A stretch of 64,000 nucleotides of DNA from an uncultured Verrucomicrobiae bacterium (GTDB lineage: Bacteria > Chlamydiota > Chlamydiia > Chlamydiales > Rhabdochlamydiaceae). Within the stretch, counting starts at the first letter, position 1; every line of letters starts with the position of its first letter. The translations under genes and the position numbers were made by a program. The notes under the pieces are model-generated. The model searched no databases. It was given only the letters and a program-made list of their open reading frames with translations, and was not told where the DNA came from. Below, in pieces: positions 57,961-64,000 of this stretch. The stretch is taken from contig CAWFUG010000009.1 in NCBI GenBank assembly GCA_963818965.1, forward strand, positions 160,001-224,000. The letters run 5' to 3'.

Positions 57961-58329
57961 TCAGTGAGAAGCGACTTCTGTGTCGGTGGCGAGGATGTTT
58001 TCATGCTGCTCTGGATACCAGGCGGGTGTTGCCGGAAGGAGGAGAGTCAGCGTTCCTTCCCAATAGAATTTTTCTCCGCGGGGGATATAGACGGCATCGC
58101 CGATCGCGAGCTCGACTGTTGTGGTCTCTGTGACGAGTTTGCCAGAGCCTTTTAAGACGTAGCCCATCTCGCTGCAGTGGTGATTGAGCGCGTAGCCTTG
58201 TTCGGGATAGCGGTGGGTGATTTCAGCGACGCCGATGTTGAGCTCTGAGTTTTGCATCGGGTATTCGTAGACGGTGCAATTGGGGGAGTTTTCATGCTTT
58301 AGGGCAGCTTCGTATTTGACATATTCCAT
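57961..58329 (-). CDS. Cupin-domain protein
   Basis: E..YVLKGSGKL, L..GDAVYIPRGE. Confidence 0.8.
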   Translation of the reverse strand: MEYVKYEAALKHENSPNCTVYEYPMQNSELNIGVAEITHRYPEQGYALNHHCSEMGYVLKGSGKLVTETTTVELAIGDAVYIPRGEKFYWEGTLTLLLPATPAWYPEQHENILATDTEVASH

Positions 58330-58480
58330 GGTAGGACTCCTGGTGGTTTAATGAGAACGTTCTAGCGCTGTGGCGCGAAAAAGTCTAGTTAAAATTATTT
58401 CAAGCTGCTGCAAGGCATTGATTTAAAAACGAGCTTTTTGTGACAATCTAAAGGATTGTCAAAAACCGATTAAAAATATT

Positions 58481-59896
58481 ATGTCTGTTAAGTTCTTCTC
58501 TGGCGAACAGTTTGCTGATTCGTTTTTTTCTGCATTGCGTTCCGATTTTCTGAACATGTCTGGGGCGGATGATTCTGGACTTATCGCAATCGAGCAGCTT
58601 AAAAACTGTTCTGCGGTTTCTAAGTTGTGGCGTGATCGTGCCATGCAGATCTCTTTGAATGTAAGAGTGCAGGGGAGTCGAAGGATCCCAACGAGTGAAT
58701 ATACGCCTTATCTCTATGCATTGGAATATGAGAGAGATGACTTGACTGCTTTCATTTTAAAATGGGAGGCGGGGTTTACCAAAAGATTTCTCAGCATGAA
58801 GTGTGATGTTTTGCACCGTTATGAGATCACGGGGAAGTATCAGGTTGATCAGGTGTTGTTTGGTCCATCGGTCGATCATGCGACACATCATAGCTATTTG
58901 ATCCCGAGTCTCTGTGATTCTTTGGAGCGGTTTTTTCAAGAGTTTAAAGGGGAGAGGTATTGGGATGATGCTTGTACACAAGAGCTCTTAGAGACTGTTC
59001 GAGGGGCTCTTTGCACTTCTTGTTCTACAGATTTTGAGAAGTTGACGCTCCGAGAATTGAGAGAGCAGTATAAGGGAAAACTATTTTTTATTTCTGATAG
59101 TGAAAGCAAAGTGTGTGATAGAAGACACTGGATCAGTTTTGTCTTCTCTGACGAGTTGATTGCCATTGGAAATCGAGGCTTAGGCTCTGGAATTTGGTCA
59201 GGAGTGTGCGTTTATCGTTTTTCTGAAGAGATGGAGTCGTGCTCTGTGAGTCAGTTCATCGATCGATTTCAAAGGGTGCGTCCAGAAGAGCATCTACCGA
59301 TGTCCAAGCAGTGGAGCGGTTCTTGTTCTAGAAGCAGTTTTGAAGCAACCACTCTCGGTGCTGCTTTTTTGATTTTCAAGAAAAAATGCTCTTTTTTATG
59401 TTCTTCTGAAGTTATAGCCAGGGCTAGAGCGATGGTAAATGAATGGATTAAGGATGATCGGATAGAGGGTATTACAGAGATTATAAAAACAGACCAAGAG
59501 ATGCAGTATGATCCAAAGCTTCTCATTCGCGTTCTCGCTGTATTCCAAGACTGTCCAAAAGCTGCCGAGAGGTTTCATCATTTTTTAAGGAATGAAAAAC
59601 AAGTCGACTGGACCTCATTAAATGAGACTATGGATACGGAGAATCGACTTCCCGGCGAATACGTCGTTAACAGGGACAATGCGCTAGGCTGCCGATGGTT
59701 TCGCCACGAGGTCGAAGTGATCAAAAGGGGATCTGTTACCAGAGTAGGCCCCCAACCCCGTGGGTTCATCGTCTGGCACAATGAAACGAGACCCTTGCGT
59801 GAACCCAATCAGAGACCCAGAGGCAATCCTGCGCCTAGGGGAAATCCGACAGGGAGAGGATATAAGTATACGATTATAAGAAAGCGATGGCCTTAG
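58481..59896 (+). CDS. Hypothetical effector-like protein with partial F-box motif and H-N-Q-C protease-like motif
   Basis: LKNCSAVSKLWR; HWISFVF...IGNRG; KQWSGSC. Confidence 0.5.
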   Translation: MSVKFFSGEQFADSFFSALRSDFLNMSGADDSGLIAIEQLKNCSAVSKLWRDRAMQISLNVRVQGSRRIPTSEYTPYLYALEYERDDLTAFILKWEAGFTKRFLSMKCDVLHRYEITGKYQVDQVLFGPSVDHATHHSYLIPSLCDSLERFFQEFKGERYWDDACTQELLETVRGALCTSCSTDFEKLTLRELREQYKGKLFFISDSESKVCDRRHWISFVFSDELIAIGNRGLGSGIWSGVCVYRFSEEMESCSVSQFIDRFQRVRPEEHLPMSKQWSGSCSRSSFEATTLGAAFLIFKKKCSFLCSSEVIARARAMVNEWIKDDRIEGITEIIKTDQEMQYDPKLLIRVLAVFQDCPKAAERFHHFLRNEKQVDWTSLNETMDTENRLPGEYVVNRDNALGCRWFRHEVEVIKRGSVTRVGPQPRGFIVWHNETRPLREPNQRPRGNPAPRGNPTGRGYKYTIIRKRWP

Positions 59897-59985
59897 AATC
59901 TGTCTACAATCTCGGTCGTTTTGAACTGGCACTAAAAATTAGAAGCGGATAATTTTGTCCATTTGAACGTCAACCGCGGTCTGCT

Positions 59986-61000
59986 ATGCTCTTATTCTTC
60001 CTTCGACTGTTCCTATTGTTGCTCACTCCTTCTTTTTTTCTCTATTCGCTCGATGTTCTTAATTATGACTTGCATGTTTTTTCTGTGCCGGGAAAGAGCG
60101 AACGGGTGATGCTCTGTTTCCATGGCTATGGAGGTAATTACGAGATTGCCTTGTCGCTTAAAAATCTAAAAACCATAGACGCTACTCTTGTGAGCTTCAA
60201 CTTTCCTGATTATGACATTGAGCAAAGAGGTGAGTACGATTATCGCAAGATGACATTTGGCACGATCGATGAGCTTTTGCCAGCTCTGCACGTCATGAAG
60301 CAGATCGTGCTGGATGGGGGAAGAAAAAGAGATCGATCTGTATGGATTTTCTGCAGGGGGCGGCGTTTTGATCAACGTACTTGGAGTGCTCAATACTTCC
60401 ACTTATGATGCTAGGCTTGAGGCAATGGGGATTGGAGCGGTGGAAAAAGAGAAGCTTCTCGCTGCAATTCAGAGGGGAATGGTGATTTTGGATACGCCTC
60501 TTATACTGCGCCCGGTCAGGAATTGCGAATTTGAGCCTTTGATCAGCTCCCGCGATTCCACGATCGAAAAGGGGGCCAGTATTGAGGAAATACAGGCCCC
60601 CTTTTCGATCGTGGAATCCCGGGGCTTTGACGCGCTCAAATTCACAATTCCTGACCGGGCGCAGTATAAATCGATCGAAGAGATCATTGCCTGTAGAAGC
60701 TCGACGGGTGAATTGGAGTGGTTGGCGAAAAATTATCGGGACAATCACTTCAGACCGATTGACTCGCTTAGATTGCTCCAGGGATTGTCTTTGGATGTTT
60801 TGTTGTATTTTCAGGAGGGAGATGAAATTCTCTCGAATCGAGATGATGACCTGTATATAGAGAGGTTGCGAGAGACTCAGCAAAAAATCGCAGTGATCAG
60901 GGGCAGTGAAGGGGGACATCAGTCTGCTCACCTGCCACTTTGGCAATTTTATGCGCAAAAAATGGAGGGAGAAGATGTTGGCACAACAGTATTGGAATGA
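59986..61000 (+). CDS. Secreted alpha/beta hydrolase, +1 frameshift in G5 run at 60316-60320 and 55-aa element insertion
   Basis: CFHGYGG in the first ORF; IDLYGFSAGGG, D..L and GGH in the second ORF; frames join if one G is removed. Confidence 0.7.
60502..60668. mobile_element. Family 1 palindromic element, full-length copy B, in frame
   Basis: 34/35 terminal inverted repeat tatactgcgcccggtcaggaattgcgaatttgagc, perfect 24-bp inner stem, 167 bp; removal with one TA restores LDTPLKSIEE. Confidence 0.93.
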
Positions 61001-61622
61001 CGTGGGATCGAAGAAAGTGTTTGAGGATCCGCTTTATTTGGACAAACTCGCGCCTTTCTTAGAGCCGACGGATCAGATCGTCGAATATGGGTGTGGCTAC
61101 GGCCGCATGATGCGCCTGTTAAAAGCTGCAGGGTATGAGAATTTAGTGGGTTTTGATTTTGCGCCGAATATGATTGCGCGGGGGCTGAGCGAAAATCCCG
61201 ATCTCGATTTGAAGGTATTGGACGAGGTGGGGGTGATTCCTTGTGAGGAAGCGTCTGTCGATGCAGTGGTCATGTCGACAGTTCTCTGTTGTATGACGGA
61301 AGACCGGGAGCTGGTGGCGTTAATGGGAGAGATCGAGCGGGTGTTGAAGAGCGGTGGTGTGCTGTATCTGACTGATTTTCTCATCTGCGAGCATCCCCGG
61401 TATCGGGAGCGGTATGCGGTGGGGTTGGAGCGATTTGGAATGCAGGGGATCTATACGACGAATGAGGATCTGACGGTGCGGCATTTTACGGCGAAGGCGA
61501 TTATCGATTTGTTGGACTCTTTTGATATCCAATGGTTTGAGCAGTTCGATTTTAAGACGATGAACCAAAACCCAGCGCGGACGTTTCATTGCATCGCTAG
61601 AAAAGGGAGTGGACTTAATTAG
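60975..61622 (+). CDS. Class I SAM-dependent methyltransferase
   Basis: IVEYGCGYGR, GFDFA..MI, VDAV, RVLKSGG.LYL.DF. Confidence 0.9.
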   Translation: MLAQQYWNDVGSKKVFEDPLYLDKLAPFLEPTDQIVEYGCGYGRMMRLLKAAGYENLVGFDFAPNMIARGLSENPDLDLKVLDEVGVIPCEEASVDAVVMSTVLCCMTEDRELVALMGEIERVLKSGGVLYLTDFLICEHPRYRERYAVGLERFGMQGIYTTNEDLTVRHFTAKAIIDLLDSFDIQWFEQFDFKTMNQNPARTFHCIARKGSGLN

Positions 61623-61634
61623 TACGTATACGTA
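61623..61634. promoter_or_regulatory. Candidate MarR operator
   Basis: Perfect palindrome TACGTATACGTA upstream of the VOC-marR pair. Confidence 0.5.
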
Positions 61635-61675
61635 TGATCTGGTCTGAAAAACTACCCTTATATAGGAGAAATGGT

Positions 61676-62047
61676 ATGTTTGCAGCCAGTCTAGGTTTTG
61701 TTTTGCTCTTCGTTTCAAACCCACAGGAGAGCGCTCTTTTTTATCGAGAAATTTTTGGAATTAAGCCTATAGAAGAGTCGCCGACATTTGTCATGTTCGC
61801 TCTTAAAAATGGCGTGATGCTCGGTCTTTGGTCTAAGCACACGGCTGAGCCGCGTGTGGAAGCGCCCCCTGGTGCGTTGGAGATCTGTTTTCCCACAGAA
61901 GATGTCGATGCTCTCTATGAAGAATGGGGGAAAAAGCGGGTGTGTGTCGCTCAAAAACCGACAGATATGGATTTTGGCCGCACGTTCGTGATTCTCGATC
62001 CAGACGGGCACAGGATTAGGGTTTATAAATTGTCTGAGGGAGAATGA
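61676..62047 (+). CDS. VOC/glyoxalase-family protein
   Basis: VSNP..S..FY...FG, LEICF, P.DMDFGRTF...DPDGHRIRV; RBS aggag. Confidence 0.9.
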   Translation: MFAASLGFVLLFVSNPQESALFYREIFGIKPIEESPTFVMFALKNGVMLGLWSKHTAEPRVEAPPGALEICFPTEDVDALYEEWGKKRVCVAQKPTDMDFGRTFVILDPDGHRIRVYKLSEGE

Positions 62048-62496
62048 AGCTCGATTTTGAAAAAATCAGCGTCCATGATGTGCCAGAGCGGAGCCCGGGG
62101 TTTCTTCTCTGGCATATTAGTACTGCGTGGCGTGGCTCGATTGAGGCGGTTCTGAAGGATTTGGGATTGACGCATCCTCAATTTGTCGTGCTGGCGACTC
62201 TGGGGTGGCTCACCCGGAACGGGGACCTCGTGACCCAGCGAGATGTCGGCGCGTTGGCAGGTCTTGATCCCAATACGGTCTCCCAAATCATCGGCGGTCT
62301 TGAGAAAAAGGAGTGGATCAAAAGAGCGGCATCGTCAGATGCGCGCGCCAAAAATCCCCAGTTGACCCCTCGAGGGCGGGAGCTGCTCGCTTCAGCGTTG
62401 CCCGCTGTAGAGCGAGCCGATCACCGATTTTTTGAGATCCTATCTGCCCAGGAGCTAAAAAATTTGGTTGCTCTCTTCCAGAAAATAACAAATTGA
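62044..62496 (+). CDS. MarR-family transcriptional regulator
   Basis: LGLTHPQFVVLA, VSQII..LEKK.WI.R, DARAK..LT..G. Confidence 0.92.
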   Translation: MKLDFEKISVHDVPERSPGFLLWHISTAWRGSIEAVLKDLGLTHPQFVVLATLGWLTRNGDLVTQRDVGALAGLDPNTVSQIIGGLEKKEWIKRAASSDARAKNPQLTPRGRELLASALPAVERADHRFFEILSAQELKNLVALFQKITN

Positions 62497-62507
62497 CCGA
62501 TCGGTCA
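62494..62507. promoter_or_regulatory. Candidate TetR operator
   Basis: Perfect palindrome TGACCGATCGGTCA about 20 nt upstream of the tetR start. Confidence 0.75.
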
Positions 62508-62528
62508 GTCTCTGGTATCCTGTCTTCC

Positions 62529-63078
62529 ATGGATACGAGAGAACTTCTTTTACAAGCAGCTTTAAGAGTGTTTTGCAATGAATGGCTACCACGGTAGTAG
62601 TGTTGCAGAGATTGCTAAAGAAGCGCAGGTTTCTAAGGCTCTTTTTTACCATTATTTTGCAAGTAAGAAGGATTTGCTCGTTCTCTTTGCCCAGCGGAGG
62701 TTGGAGGAGTGGGCGCCGCTTGTCGAAAAGCTGGAAGCGATTGAAGAGCCGAGAGAACGGATCGTTTTTTTGATCGATTTTGTCTTAGGGGAACTGGAGA
62801 TGCGGGGAGAGTGGTTGCGGTTTCTCTATATGCTCTATCTTTCGACAGAGGGGATCGCTGCGATCGCAGAGGCGATGGAAAAGTTCAAGGGGTCATTCGA
62901 TCGCTTGTTTCAAGCAGAACGGCGGCTCTACAAGGACCTCGGCTACGCCGATCCCGACGACGAGGCGACTTATCTCCGCTCTGTCCTTCAGGGAATTAGC
63001 CTAGAGTATTTGCTAAGCGGAAAGAATTATCCCCTGAAAATTATGAAGGAAAAAATCATCAAGAGGTATGTGCCATGA
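62529..63078 (+). CDS. TetR/AcrR-family regulator with apparent +1 frameshift at T4 62571-62574
   Basis: MDTRELLLQAALRVF joins AMNGYHGSSVAEIAKEAQVSKALFYHYF.SK if one T is removed. Confidence 0.85.
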
Positions 63079-63728
63079 GAGTAAAATTGTATCGAGAACA
63101 CAAGTATGTGAGTTTTGCTCTGAATGCATTAGAGCGGCTCATCGCTAAAACAGACTTTACGAGCGATGCTGCAACCCAGCGAGTTCAAGAGGAGTGGCAG
63201 AGTGTGAAAGAAATGCTGCAGGGGCACGCCCATCATGAGGAACACAATTTCCATGCGCTTTTGGAGAGGAAGGGATCGACTGTGCACGTAGAAGCGCACG
63301 ACGACCATGCACATCAAGAGGTGGCATTGGAACATCTCCAAAATCTTCTCGATGGGATTAAGATGGATTCTGATCGGGTCGAAGCGGGCTATCAGTTCTA
63401 CCTCGCTTACCGCAAATTTGTCGGAGACAATTTGCTGCATTTGCATGAGGAAGAAACCAAAATTCTGCCGGAACTCCAAAGGCTATGCACCGATGAAGAG
63501 TTGAGAGCTCTTGAGCATGCAAGTTATGAGCTGATGACAGCGAAGGACCTGATCGAGATGGTGCAGGTCCTGTTTCCCCACATGAACTTTTCTGACAAGT
63601 GCGCTTTTCTTACAGATATCAAGCTAGCACAGCCTAAAAAATTTTTAAAACTTTGGGAAGAAGCGGGTGCTTTTCTGAGCGCTGAGGAAAGGGAGAAGTT
63701 TCGAGATTTAGAAGGTGCTCTCTTGTGA
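63075..63728 (+). CDS. Hemerythrin-domain protein
   Basis: EHK, HAHHEE, DDH, HLHEEE..ILP. Confidence 0.85.
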   Translation: MRVKLYREHKYVSFALNALERLIAKTDFTSDAATQRVQEEWQSVKEMLQGHAHHEEHNFHALLERKGSTVHVEAHDDHAHQEVALEHLQNLLDGIKMDSDRVEAGYQFYLAYRKFVGDNLLHLHEEETKILPELQRLCTDEELRALEHASYELMTAKDLIEMVQVLFPHMNFSDKCAFLTDIKLAQPKKFLKLWEEAGAFLSAEEREKFRDLEGALL

Positions 63729-63792
63729 TTAATTTGGGTTTTTTAATAAAATGAGCAGCATGAATAACATGTTAATTATTTTTTGTGCCCTT

Positions 63793-64000
63793 TTATTTTT
63801 TTGCGATGGGCCGCTTTTCGGTGAGGATCGATCTTGGATCATCAAGGAAGAATTTCTTTCGCCAGATGTCGCCTCTTTCGATTGTCACAGCTCGAGCCTC
63901 GTTGAGACAGGGGAAGGAACCCTCTATGCGGTATGGAAAGGGGGAGCCGGAGAGGGCAAGAGCAATATCGATATGAAAGAGAGTGTGGGGATTTGGGCTG
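63793..64000 (-). CDS. 3' end of an unidentified CDS running off the window
   Basis: Open minus-strand frame ...HTLFHIDIALALSG...KRPIAKK* ending at 63793. Confidence 0.45.
   Translation of the reverse strand, partial: SPNPHTLFHIDIALALSGSPFPYRIEGSFPCLNEARAVTIERGDIWRKKFFLDDPRSILTEKRPIAKK

Noticed and set aside
60293..60958. 221-aa antisense ORF over the hydrolase
   Set aside because: Open partly because the palindromic element is stop-free on both strands; no independent coding signal.
1..64000. Autonomous transposase, integrase, tRNA or rRNA genes
   Set aside because: None recognised in the ORF track or by eye; the mobiliser of the palindromic elements must lie elsewhere or be lost.

Overview
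Window from an environmental Chlamydiota-like bacterium. This is inferred from the Chlamydia-type gene neighbourhoods (preP/nrdB/nrdA/pssA/rmuC and SH3 protein/CT016-like/PIN-PhoH) and a class Ic (Phe-for-Tyr) NrdB. Core genes are interspersed with accessory material: a YbhGFSR-like ABC efflux operon with a TolC-family channel, a Sec-signal RHS toxin with a putative immunity gene, eukaryote-like candidate effectors (F-box, F-box-like plus CE-clan-like protease, ubiquitin-like protein, lipases) and an AT-rich NUDIX / NDT-like / SAH-hydrolase-like / SDR operon. The most striking signal is a family of TA-bounded (TATAC...GTATA) palindromic miniature elements. They share a core sequence but have different, individually self-complementary arms. 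They sit in frame inside protein genes (15, 55 and 85 extra codons), nest inside each other, give internal-deletion derivatives, show a flipped central loop between copies, and almost all have net lengths divisible by three. Two further intergenic hairpin-repeat families are present. Several single-base frameshifts (nrdB, an alpha/beta hydrolase, tetR) may be assembly errors. No rRNA, tRNA, CRISPR array or transposase gene was recognised.
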